DNA from: Nostoc sp. PCC 7120 = FACHB-418
GTDB lineage: Bacteria > Cyanobacteriota > Cyanobacteriia > Cyanobacteriales > Nostocaceae
Direction: 5' to 3'
Assembly: GCF_000009705.1 (NCBI RefSeq)
Contig: NC_003272.1
Location: 5,520,001-5,552,000, forward strand
Length of the DNA stretch: 32,000 nucleotides
Under the pieces are notes generated by a model, which was not told the origin of the DNA, searched no databases, and was given only the letters and a program-made list of their open reading frames with translations. Below are positions 9,313 through 17,549 of this stretch, one piece after another (position 1 is the stretch's first letter; every line of letters starts with the position of its first letter). Made by a program: the position numbers and the translations under genes.

Positions 9313-10251
9313 GTGACCATGACTGTACACTGGCGGGAGCGGGTTGGGAATCAAAGGGATTGGGTTTGGCGGGGTTGGCGGACTCGTTACACCTACATTC
9401 GTCCTAGCAGAGGAGACCAGGAAAAAACCCCTTTAATTTTACTGCATGGTTTTGGTGCTTCTATTGGTCATTGGCGGCATAATTTAGAAGTTTTGGGCGA
9501 ATCTCATACAGTCTATGCGTTGGATATGCTCGGTTTTGGTGGTTCAGAAAAAGCCCCAGCAAATTACAGCATTGAACTTTGGGTGGAGCAAGTTTACGAT
9601 TTTTGGCAAGCTTTTATCCGTCAACCAGTGGTATTGATTGGAAATTCCAATGGTTCTTTGATTTCTTTAGCGGCGGCGGCGGCTCACCCCGATATGGTTA
9701 AGGGGATTGTGATGATGAGTTTACCAGACCCATCATTAGAGCAAGAGATGATTCCGCCTTTTTTAAGACCTGTAGTGAGGACAATCAAAAATATTGTCGC
9801 TTCTCCAATACTTTTAAAACCGGTGTTTTATTTCGTGCGCCGTCCTAGCGTTCTCCGCCGTTGGGCTGGTCTTGCTTACGCCAATCCCGCAGCCATCACC
9901 GACGAGCTGGTGGATATTTTAGCCGGGCCTCCCCAAGATAGGGGTTCAGCCCGTGCTTTTAGTGCTTTGTTTAAAGCGGCGATCGGTGTTAACTTTAGTC
10001 CTAGTGTCAAAGCTATATTGCCAACTTTACAAATACCCATGCTGCTGATTTGGGGGAACAAAGATAGGTTTGTCCCGCCGATTCTGGCTAACCAATTCGC
10101 TCAATACAACGAAAAGTTGCAATTACTTAACCTAGAGGATGTAGGGCATTGTCCCCATGATGAATGCCCAGAACAGGTAAACAAGGCTATTTTGGCATGG
10201 ATGGACAAGTCCTTGGGAGATTGCCAAAACCTAGTTATCTCCCAGAAATGA
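9313..10251 (+). CDS. Alpha/beta-fold hydrolase
   Basis: LLHGFGASIGHWRHNL, the nucleophile elbow GNSNG (G-x-S-x-G), and a C-terminal GHCPHDE histidine motif. GTG 9313 lies 9 nt after GGAG; an ATG is two codons later (9319). Confidence 0.8.
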   Translation: MTMTVHWRERVGNQRDWVWRGWRTRYTYIRPSRGDQEKTPLILLHGFGASIGHWRHNLEVLGESHTVYALDMLGFGGSEKAPANYSIELWVEQVYDFWQAFIRQPVVLIGNSNGSLISLAAAAAHPDMVKGIVMMSLPDPSLEQEMIPPFLRPVVRTIKNIVASPILLKPVFYFVRRPSVLRRWAGLAYANPAAITDELVDILAGPPQDRGSARAFSALFKAAIGVNFSPSVKAILPTLQIPMLLIWGNKDRFVPPILANQFAQYNEKLQLLNLEDVGHCPHDECPEQVNKAILAWMDKSLGDCQNLVISQK

Positions 10252-10267
10252 CAAAAATTGCTAGTCT

Positions 10268-10635
10268 TTAGCCAATATTTACTTGGTTGGTATCAACGTT
10301 TGTAGCACCATGTACAGATTGCGCCACGGAAATCATTTTATTGAGAGAATGTCTTGACTGGGAACTGAACCCTTTAGAACAACGGTGCTACCAGTTTGAG
10401 CAACCCACAAAGAATTCATATCATCAAGTTGCTGGTCTTGATCAAATGCCAATGCTACTCGCTTTGCTAAACCACTTTGGTCATATTCGCCGTTTAACCC
10501 TAAACGTTCTGGTGGAATTGATTGGGTAGCCGTAGGTGCATTAGTCGTAGCGGAGGCTTGGGATACTTGCGGAGTTGGATTTACCTGGGCATTTTGAGGT
10601 TTTTCCATACCAAAAAGTCTTTTTAACCAACTCAT
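10268..10635 (-). pseudogene. BON-domain protein whose reading frame is broken at an A4 run (100-codon ORF 10333-10635 plus 22-codon ORF 10268-10336)
   Basis: The upstream ORF ends ...STVVLKGSVPSQDILSIK-TGA. An ATG overlapping that stop by 2 nt opens MISVAQSVHGATNVDTNQVNIG in the -1 frame. Joined, they read as one canonical BON domain (V-x-L-x-G-x-V-p-s ... a-x-x-V-x-G-x-x-x-V-x-n-x-l). Confidence 0.5.
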
Positions 10636-10913
10636 AAATGTCTTTCTCCTGATTTAATGGTGACAATATTCTCAAGATAAGATTTTGATAAATAATGTAC
10701 ATCTGCCGATCAAAAGATATATTCTCCAGATGACTTCTGCTTTTGGAATGATTTAGACATAACTTTTTTATAGAAGATTTCAGGAATGGAGGGATTAAGT
10801 TTAAAATAAAGTATAAGATTTATAACCTATTCACCTAGTAAGCAGTACGTGTAGGGCAGCTGTTAGCTAACATTCTGGTTAGTTATATGTTGTCTGAGCC
10901 TGTGTTGGCAAAG

Positions 10914-11435
10914 ATGAAACATACTCTTTCGGTTCTGGTAGAAGATGAGGCGGGAGTTCTGTCCCGCATTGCTAGTTTATTTGCTCGTCGCGGCTTTAAT
11001 ATAGAAAGCCTGGCTGTTGGTTCGGGGGAAGAGGGCGGAGTTTCCCGCATTACTATGGTTGTACCTGGTGACGATCGCGTGATTGAACAACTCACCAAAC
11101 AACTATACAAGCTCGTTAACGTTCTCAAAGTACAGGATATAACTGAAACTCCTTGTGTGGAGAGAGAATTGATGCTTCTGAAAGTGAACGCCACCAGCAG
11201 CAACCGTTCAGAAGTCATTGAATTAGCTCAAATTTTCCGGGCGCGAGTAGTTGATGTGGCGGAAGATTCTTTAACTTTAGAAGTGGTCGGCGACCCTGGT
11301 AAGATGGTGGCGATCGTCCAGGTGCTACAAAAGTTTGGTATCAGAGAAATTGCCCGCACCGGTAAAATCGCCCTGACTCGTGAATCTGGTGTCAATACTG
11401 AGTTACTTAAATCCTTAGAAGCGAAGGTTTCTTAA
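10914..11435 (+). CDS. ilvN: Acetolactate synthase (acetohydroxyacid synthase) small regulatory subunit
   Basis: [36 protein letters not shown] is the classic ACT-domain start of this family, and the C-terminal ALS_ss_C-like half is present. I prefer the ATG at 10914 to the track start at 10887. Confidence 0.9.
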   Translation: MKHTLSVLVEDEAGVLSRIASLFARRGFNIESLAVGSGEEGGVSRITMVVPGDDRVIEQLTKQLYKLVNVLKVQDITETPCVERELMLLKVNATSSNRSEVIELAQIFRARVVDVAEDSLTLEVVGDPGKMVAIVQVLQKFGIREIARTGKIALTRESGVNTELLKSLEAKVS

Positions 11436-11450
11436 GTTTTAGCCCCTCAC

Positions 11451-11483
11451 TCCCAGTCTCTGACTGGGAAATTTCATTTTTTT
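11451..11483 (+). terminator. Rho-independent terminator of ilvN
   Basis: TCCCAGTC (11451-58), loop TCT, GACTGGGA (11462-69), then AATTTCATTTTTTT. It begins 16 nt after the ilvN stop. Confidence 0.6.
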
Positions 11484-11514
11484 GCTTGCGTGATGCTTGC
11501 CAACAAACCATAGA

Positions 11515-11714
11515 TATAGGAATCCGATTTGATTTCTGTTGGCGTAGCCTGCGCTAGCGCATAAAATTCTTAGTATCTGTAGGGTGGGCATTGCCCACCA
11601 AAACCATGAGCCGGTGGGCAATGAATGCCCAACGCCACTTGCTCCAAGCCGGGAAACCCGTCCAACGCAGTGGCGCCCCTACGTGTATTTCAAAAATCAA
11701 GTATGAGTCCTATA
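11515..11714. mobile_element. MITE-like non-autonomous element sharing terminal inverted repeats with the adjacent IS630-family IS
   Basis: The left end TATAGGAATCCGATTTGATTTCTG (11515-) differs at one position from the first 21 nt of the IS left IR. The reverse complement of the right end is TATAGGACTCATACTTGATTTTTGAAATAC (ends 11714), an imperfect match to both. The interior has no ORF and contains GGTGGGCA/TGCCCACC palindromic modules. The element is ~200 bp. Confidence 0.55.
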
Positions 11715-12920
11715 GGAATCCTATTTGATTTGTGAACAAGACCAAGAGATAATACGGAGAGGGATAAAAGTCTAATAGTAAACAATGAAAAGTCAGCATT
11801 TACAAGCTACTACACTTGCGGGGGAAGTATCGCAGCAATGAAGTATCGCAGCAATATTTAAAAGAGGAAACTGCACTGAATGCGATTGCTGAATTACAAG
11901 ATTTTATAGATATGTGTCCAGATGCGCGTGAAGTAAGGAAAGCATTGGCAGTCAAGCTAGTTTATCAAGGTTACTTGTATGATGAAATCCAAAAAATTTT
12001 AGACGTATCGCGAGGGTCAATCACAGGCTGGAAGCAAGCCTATGAAGAAACTGGAATTGACGGACTGCGACTAAACTACAAAGGGAGAAAGAGCTATCTG
12101 AATGCTAAACAACTCCAAGAGGTGTTGAGCTGGCTACAAACAAAAGATTGTTGGGAGCTTGGGGAACTAGAGTATCAACTAGCTTTTGAGTATGACGTAG
12201 TTTATGAGTCAAAGCAAAGCTACTACGACTTGTTCTCCGAAGCAGGAATCAGTTGGAAGAAAACCACAAAGGTAAATCCGAAAGCCGATGAGAATGCTGT
12301 TGCAGAAAAAAAAGAGATTGAAACATTGCTGGCAAATAACCGAGAAGAAATCGAAACAGGAAAGTTAAGAGTATTGTTAATTGATGAGTGTCATTTAATG
12401 TGGGGAGATTTAAGTGGTTATGTATGGGGAAAAAGTGACCAAGAAATCGCAGTCCCAGTTGTCAACGAGCGAGATAAGCAGACATACTATGGGGCAGTTG
12501 ACTATCTCCTTGGAGAATTAGTTCTCAAAGCTTATGATGCTGGAAACTCAAAAAATACTATCAACTACCTAGAATACTTACTAGCTAACTCTCCCGACCA
12601 GCGATTACTAATTTTTTGGGATGGGGCTAGCTACCACCGTTCCAAGGAAATTAGAGGTTTCTTGGACTCTGTTAATCAAAGCTTACCAACCGAGCAATGG
12701 AAAATACACTGTGTCCGTTTTGCCCCTAATTGCCCAGTACAAAATCCGATAGAGGATATTTGGTTACAAGCCAAAACATGGGTTAGACGTTTTTGTGCTT
12801 TAATTCCTTCATTTTCACATTTAAAGTGGATATTTGAGTGGTTTATTAGACACACTACCTTTGATTTTGACACTCTACAGATGTACGGAACTTATTCAAA
12901 AATCAAATAGGATTCCTATA
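11711..12920 (+). mobile_element. IS630-family insertion sequence (~1.21 kb) with ~30-bp imperfect terminal inverted repeats
   Basis: The left IR TATAGGAATCCTATTTGATTTgTGAAcAAG (11711-11740) matches the reverse complement of 12891-12920, TATAGGAATCCTATTTGATTTtTGAAtAAG. There is a single transposase ORF, and both ends are TA-rich (TATA), as expected for TA-targeting IS630/Tc1 elements. Confidence 0.8.
11816..12910 (+). CDS. IS630-family DDE transposase (HTH + DDE_3); native N-terminus displaced by a 16-bp tandem duplication
   Basis: HTH-like N-terminal part (YDEIQKILDVSRGSITGWKQ). The DDE triad context is LLIDECHLMWGD, IFWDGASYHRS and PNCPVQNPIEDIW. The stop codon lies inside the right IR. 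The track start is a TTG; the likely native ATG at 11785 is now out of frame (see finding). Confidence 0.8.
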   Translation: MRGKYRSNEVSQQYLKEETALNAIAELQDFIDMCPDAREVRKALAVKLVYQGYLYDEIQKILDVSRGSITGWKQAYEETGIDGLRLNYKGRKSYLNAKQLQEVLSWLQTKDCWELGELEYQLAFEYDVVYESKQSYYDLFSEAGISWKKTTKVNPKADENAVAEKKEIETLLANNREEIETGKLRVLLIDECHLMWGDLSGYVWGKSDQEIAVPVVNERDKQTYYGAVDYLLGELVLKAYDAGNSKNTINYLEYLLANSPDQRLLIFWDGASYHRSKEIRGFLDSVNQSLPTEQWKIHCVRFAPNCPVQNPIEDIWLQAKTWVRRFCALIPSFSHLKWIFEWFIRHTTFDFDTLQMYGTYSKIK

Positions 12921-13420
12921 TATCTCGATATTTTTATTTCTGAGTGCCTAATAAAAGGTGTTGAAATACTATTTTTGATTGTTGGATAAAAATATTTAAA
13001 CAGCTTCATATCAAACCGTTATCTGCAACATATTAGGCAGTTTTTTCAGTAAAACTTACGCTTTTGAGATTCATAGGATAGATACACATAAAATCGTTTA
13101 TTGAACAATTTGGATAATACTTTATAGTAAATTTAAAAAAAGTCTGTTTTTTATATTAAATAAGTAGTTTTACTTGTAAAAATACAACTGTAATATTAGA
13201 ATCTACTGTGTTTGAATATCAGTAATTATACTAAAGCGTCAAGAATGAGAACAAATTCAAAGCCAAAAACCCATTCATACCCTGGATTTTGGAATTAGCA
13301 AGCGTTTTTGCCTAGGCCTACGCTTAGGCTATTGGAGATGAACTGTCTTATTTTTTGGCGATATTTGTCAATTCGCTTGATCACTAGCTAAGTCTATCCT
13401 AAATCATGTAGTGAGGGGAA

Positions 13421-14368
13421 ATGTTTACTTACAAAAGTATTAGTTTAAGTTTACTTTTAACATTACTAGGATTCATAACTTTACCAACTAAAGCATTAGG
13501 GCAATTCAGCTATGATGCCAACGAAACAGAAATTTTCAAGACAGATTTTGATAGCAGCGACGGCTGGTCATTAAGTGGAACAAGTATTAATGACAGTAAA
13601 ATTGTTGGTACTTCAGCTTGGGGTACTGCCTCTTATTCTCTAAATAATCGTGTCAGTTTAGATTTAGGGACTGTTTCTTTATATTGGACGGGATTTTTTC
13701 CTAGCACAAATGCTCACAGAGAAAATGACAAGTATTATGTTGGTTTGCAGTATGCGGATAACGCTCCTGTATGCTACAACAGTTCAAGCAATACGATTGT
13801 TGGTACACCACCCTGTCCGAGCGGTAGTTCACTAGTTGATGAAAATGCTGAACTCAGAGTGGCAATGAGACCTCGTAATCCTACCAATGTTGCAGATACT
13901 TATCATCAAGTTTATGTAGATCCCGGTTTCAATCCGACTAGTACCGAATTACCTGCATCAACGCGATTAAATCTTCCAGTAGGTCAGCCAACCAATTTTC
14001 GCTTGAGGGTAAGTAAGGTGAGTTCAACCTCATACGAAGCTTCTTTATCGTATTGGGATATTGCTCAAACTGCTTGGAAAATTTTTGCTCCCAAATCAGC
14101 GTCAATGTCTTCGCCACTTACAATTAAAGCTTCAGATTGGATAGATGCTAACGGGCTAATTGAAAGTCCTTTGACTTTTGAAGCCATTAATCTTCAGTTT
14201 CGCAAAAACTCTTCTCGAAACTCAGAAATAACTGCTCTAGCACTAACACAAGTTTTACCACCATTGTTGCAGCAACAATCTATCGCTGTTCCGGAAGGCT
14301 CTTCTATTATTGGCTTACCTTTGGTTATGGGGTTTGGCATTTTATTAAAACGGCAAAAGCAGAAATAA
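13421..14368 (+). CDS. Secreted protein with N-terminal signal peptide and PEP-CTERM-like C-terminal sorting signal
   Basis: ATG follows GAGGGG. The signal peptide is MFTYKSISLSLLLTLLGFITLPTKALG. The C-terminus VPEGSSIIGLPLVMGFGILLKRQKQK has a PEP-like motif (PEG), a hydrophobic helix and a basic cluster. The ~270-aa body is Ser/Thr/Asn-rich with no domain I recognise. Confidence 0.6.
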   Translation: MFTYKSISLSLLLTLLGFITLPTKALGQFSYDANETEIFKTDFDSSDGWSLSGTSINDSKIVGTSAWGTASYSLNNRVSLDLGTVSLYWTGFFPSTNAHRENDKYYVGLQYADNAPVCYNSSSNTIVGTPPCPSGSSLVDENAELRVAMRPRNPTNVADTYHQVYVDPGFNPTSTELPASTRLNLPVGQPTNFRLRVSKVSSTSYEASLSYWDIAQTAWKIFAPKSASMSSPLTIKASDWIDANGLIESPLTFEAINLQFRKNSSRNSEITALALTQVLPPLLQQQSIAVPEGSSIIGLPLVMGFGILLKRQKQK

Positions 14369-14393
14369 CAGAGGCTAAAATCATCACCAAAAA

Positions 14394-14440
14394 GGGTATG
14401 GGAATTTGGTAATGGGTAATTGCTATATTATCTATTACCT
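14394..14440. repeat. GGTAATG/GGGTAAT-type heptamer repeat patch with short inverted partner
   Basis: GGGTATGGGAATTTGGTAATGGGTAATTG ... CTATTACC, located between convergent genes. It belongs to the same repeat family as 26151-26212 and 22376-22408. Confidence 0.45.
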
Positions 14441-14473
14441 TCTTCTTATATGTTCTGTTACTACCATAAGCTG

Positions 14474-14860
14474 TTAAAAAAAATGTTTGGCATCAAATTT
14501 GTCATTTTTAGGTAAATATTCAGAACAGTTTTTTGCTTCATCTGTGAGTACAATGGAGGGCTGAACTGCACATTTCAGATAATGATTATTACAATAGTAT
14601 TGACAGTTTTTACAAGGCAATTGATGTAACCCCTTCACTGTAAAAACCATCTTATTTTCTATGACGGAACGAATTTTACGTAAAATTATAAAAAAAATGA
14701 CCCAACTAAAAACTAATCCAACAGGAGTTAAAGAGATAGCTATATCTGGAAAATCTATATTATTAGTTTGAGCGTGTTTTTGTTGGGATTCAGTGATATT
14801 AACAACTTGAATGTCATTATTTGCTATTGACTTGTGTTGATTTATTACCTCAGTGAACAT
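14474..14860 (-). CDS. Small single-pass membrane protein with C-terminal Cys motif (C-x2-C-x3-C-x7-C ... C); function unknown
   Basis: 128-aa ORF with one clear TM helix (LTPVGLVFSWVIFFIIL), followed by LPCKNCQYYCNNHYLKCAVQPSIVLTDEAKNCSEY. It sits in AT-rich sequence and the RBS is weak, so coding status is only moderately supported. Confidence 0.45.
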   Translation of the reverse strand: MFTEVINQHKSIANNDIQVVNITESQQKHAQTNNIDFPDIAISLTPVGLVFSWVIFFIILRKIRSVIENKMVFTVKGLHQLPCKNCQYYCNNHYLKCAVQPSIVLTDEAKNCSEYLPKNDKFDAKHFF

Positions 14861-15986
14861 ATTATTGACCCTTATTTATATATTTACTAATGTGAGATTT
14901 ATTGGTGTTTATTTGGTACTCTGGACACAAAAACATTGATGCTTGTATCACATAACATATTTAGCGCTCATAAATTAGACATATACTATCAATATTGATT
15001 ACTATTATAAGCAGGTGTAACATTGATACCTCAGTGTTTGATGCGAGATGAATCTTTTTTAGTGCTTCAATTATATGTTTAACAAAATAAAGTTTTAGCT
15101 ATCTCTGTCAATAGTTTTGCTTAATGACCCAAAAAGTATATCCTTGGATATAGTTTGAAGACATATTCTCAAAAGCATATTTGTGTGGGAATATTAATCA
15201 TAAAAATTCTAGCTATGGGCGCACATCATGAACACTAATATATACCACTATGAATATAGTTAAAAACGATGTAATATGATATTTTCCGGATTATAAATTA
15301 TAATTATCCATGCAGTTTCCTGAAAGTCTAAATACTGCTATTATCTGTGATTAAAAGAGAATTTTATCTGTATATTTTGGTAAGTTGTAATATTTCTATC
15401 TCTATCACAAGCATAGTCTAAAATATTTGGAAATTTGCTCAAGCATGGCAAATAGGAAGGAATTAATAAGTCTTCATCAGACTAAATTGTAAGTAGTGAA
15501 TCCTTTTGATGGGATGTGTTAGCACATTCTCTCTTAGGGACAGGATACCTTCGATCATGAGTTATCGCAAATATGGACTCAATCACTATGTTAGAACAAT
15601 TACATAAAAAAATGGGTTGTGTTAAGAAAGACAAATAGTCTCAAACGAATTTTGAGATGTTAGATAAACTAAAAAATATCAGTCATAGATAAAACTACTG
15701 AGTTTGATTAGTAGCGATTATTTACAGATTCTTGAAGATATCAAATAGAATCCTCATCTTTAGATACCTTAACTATAACTAAGTGAGAGGAAAATAAACA
15801 GTCTGGTTAGATGATTTCTCATCTTTTCAATGCAAACTAGACTAAATATCGACTTTGATATTTAATGTTTTTCCGGTTTCTCAGTACTATTGGATGAAAA
15901 TTGTAAAAACAGTAATCACATCATAAGAAGTTTTAACAAAAATATCGATGAAATTAAGAGCAATCAAGATTTCAGAGGAGGAGAAT

Positions 15987-17549
15987 ATGGAAATCTTTGA
16001 TTATGTAATTCTTGGAGCCGGCTTGGGTGGATTAGCAACGGCTGCTTGTTTAACTCGACAAGGATATAATGTAGCAGTTTTAGAAAAACACTATTTACCT
16101 GGTGGTTGTTGCCATACTTTTGATTATGGGGAATATAGTTTTTGTGCGGATGTGCATTATATTTCTCAATGTGGTCATGGCCAGGCGATCGCTCAATTTC
16201 TCAACTATATTGGTCAAGATGTCCCCTTTAATAGCCTTGACCCCGACTGCATAGATCGCATCATCACCCCAGAAGCAGATTTTAGAATTCCCTTAGGATG
16301 GGAAAGTTTACGTTATCGTTTGCTGTCTACCTTTCCTGAAGAAACCAATGCTATTAATCGCTACTGCAACGAAATTCAACAACTTCATCAAGAAATCCGT
16401 AATTTAGGTAAGGAAGTTCGTTGGTTTGACCAGAAGTGGTCTGACTGGTTAAAGTTACCTAAGTATTTTAATCTTTTTAAAAAGCGCAGTTGGACTCTGC
16501 AAGACTTGTATAACTATGTTGGCTTATCGCCCAAACTCCAAGCTGTGCTGGCTGGACAAAGTGGCGATTATGCACTACCACCCGCAGAAATTGCTTTACT
16601 GACCCATACTTCTCTGGTTTGGGATTATTCTGAAGGTGCTTATTATCCTAAACATCACTTTAAGCACTTGGTTGATACCATTGTTGAGACCATTACTGCC
16701 GGTGGTGGTGTCATTGCTTATGCTACGACGGTTAATCATATTCAAGTTAGTGGTGGCAAAGTTCATACTGTTATTGCTGATGGTAAGGTCTATCGCGCTA
16801 CCAAAGCCTATATCAGCGACCTTGACCCTAAATTAACAGTAGAATTGATGCACGATGGTGAAGCCATCAGCCACAAAGAACGGCGGCGGCTGACAGATTA
16901 TGAATACTCTGCCAGTGCTTTTAATATTTACTTGGGTTTAGATAGTAATTTTGATCCACAACGCTATGGCATTGGTAACTGGAACATTTGGTATTATCCT
17001 ACTGGAGATTTAAATAGAGAATATCACCGACAATTGCAAGGTGATTTCAGTCAGCCGTGGATTTTCCTTTCTTGTCCGACGATGAAATCTCATGAACCAG
17101 GAATGGCTCCAGTCGGGCATCATGTTTTAGAAATTGCTACTGTTTGTGCTTATGAACCTTTTGCATATCTGCATGAGAACGACTCGGCAGCTTATAAAGC
17201 TAAAAAGCGTGAGATTTACCAACAAATCATGAACAGTGTGCGTGATATTGTTCCAGATATAGATAATTACATCAGGATGAAAGTTTACGGCACACCAACA
17301 ACGAGTGAATATTATCTGGGACAACCACAAGGTAATATTTACGGTGCGAAATTAGTTCCTAGACAAGTAGGGTTAAATCGCTTAGGTTACACGACAGAGT
17401 TACCTAACCTGTTCTTGGTGGGTGCGAGTGCTGGATATCCTAGTATTCCTGGTGTAATTGGGAATGGAATGGATGTTGTAGAATTATTGACTGGGCAATC
17501 TGTCAGGCAGAAATATAACGCGCCTCAGGGATTGGTGGGGATGAGATAA
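15987..17549 (+). CDS. FAD/NAD(P)-dependent oxidoreductase of the CrtI/phytoene-desaturase superfamily, RetSat-like (carotenoid/retinoid saturase- or isomerase-like)
   Basis: ATG 15987 is preceded by GAGGAGGAG. The Rossmann motif is DYVILGAGLGGLATAACL, and the LEKHYLPGGCCHTF block resembles (from memory) the retinol saturase subgroup. Length is 520 aa. Confidence 0.8.
   Translation: MEIFDYVILGAGLGGLATAACLTRQGYNVAVLEKHYLPGGCCHTFDYGEYSFCADVHYISQCGHGQAIAQFLNYIGQDVPFNSLDPDCIDRIITPEADFRIPLGWESLRYRLLSTFPEETNAINRYCNEIQQLHQEIRNLGKEVRWFDQKWSDWLKLPKYFNLFKKRSWTLQDLYNYVGLSPKLQAVLAGQSGDYALPPAEIALLTHTSLVWDYSEGAYYPKHHFKHLVDTIVETITAGGGVIAYATTVNHIQVSGGKVHTVIADGKVYRATKAYISDLDPKLTVELMHDGEAISHKERRRLTDYEYSASAFNIYLGLDSNFDPQRYGIGNWNIWYYPTGDLNREYHRQLQGDFSQPWIFLSCPTMKSHEPGMAPVGHHVLEIATVCAYEPFAYLHENDSAAYKAKKREIYQQIMNSVRDIVPDIDNYIRMKVYGTPTTSEYYLGQPQGNIYGAKLVPRQVGLNRLGYTTELPNLFLVGASAGYPSIPGVIGNGMDVVELLTGQSVRQKYNAPQGLVGMR

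Noticed and set aside
9876-11218. ORFs 9876-10061 (-), 10287-10529 (+) and 10883-11218 (-)
   Set aside because: They are antisense to the hydrolase, BON and ilvN genes respectively, and their translations lack protein-like features.
11439-11621. 60-aa minus-strand ORF
   Set aside because: It lies across the ilvN terminator and the MITE-like element, including its palindromic GGTGGGCA modules. It is not credible as a gene.
12676-12873. 65-aa ORF antisense to the transposase 3' end
   Set aside because: Shadow ORF inside the IS with no independent support.
15510-15635. Two micro-ORFs that both begin MGCV (15510-15608, 32 aa; 15612-15638, 8 aa) in the ORF-free spacer
   Set aside because: There is no Shine-Dalgarno, the similarity is limited to four codons, and the sequence is AT-rich so short ORFs arise by chance. 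It is mentioned only under the spacer finding.
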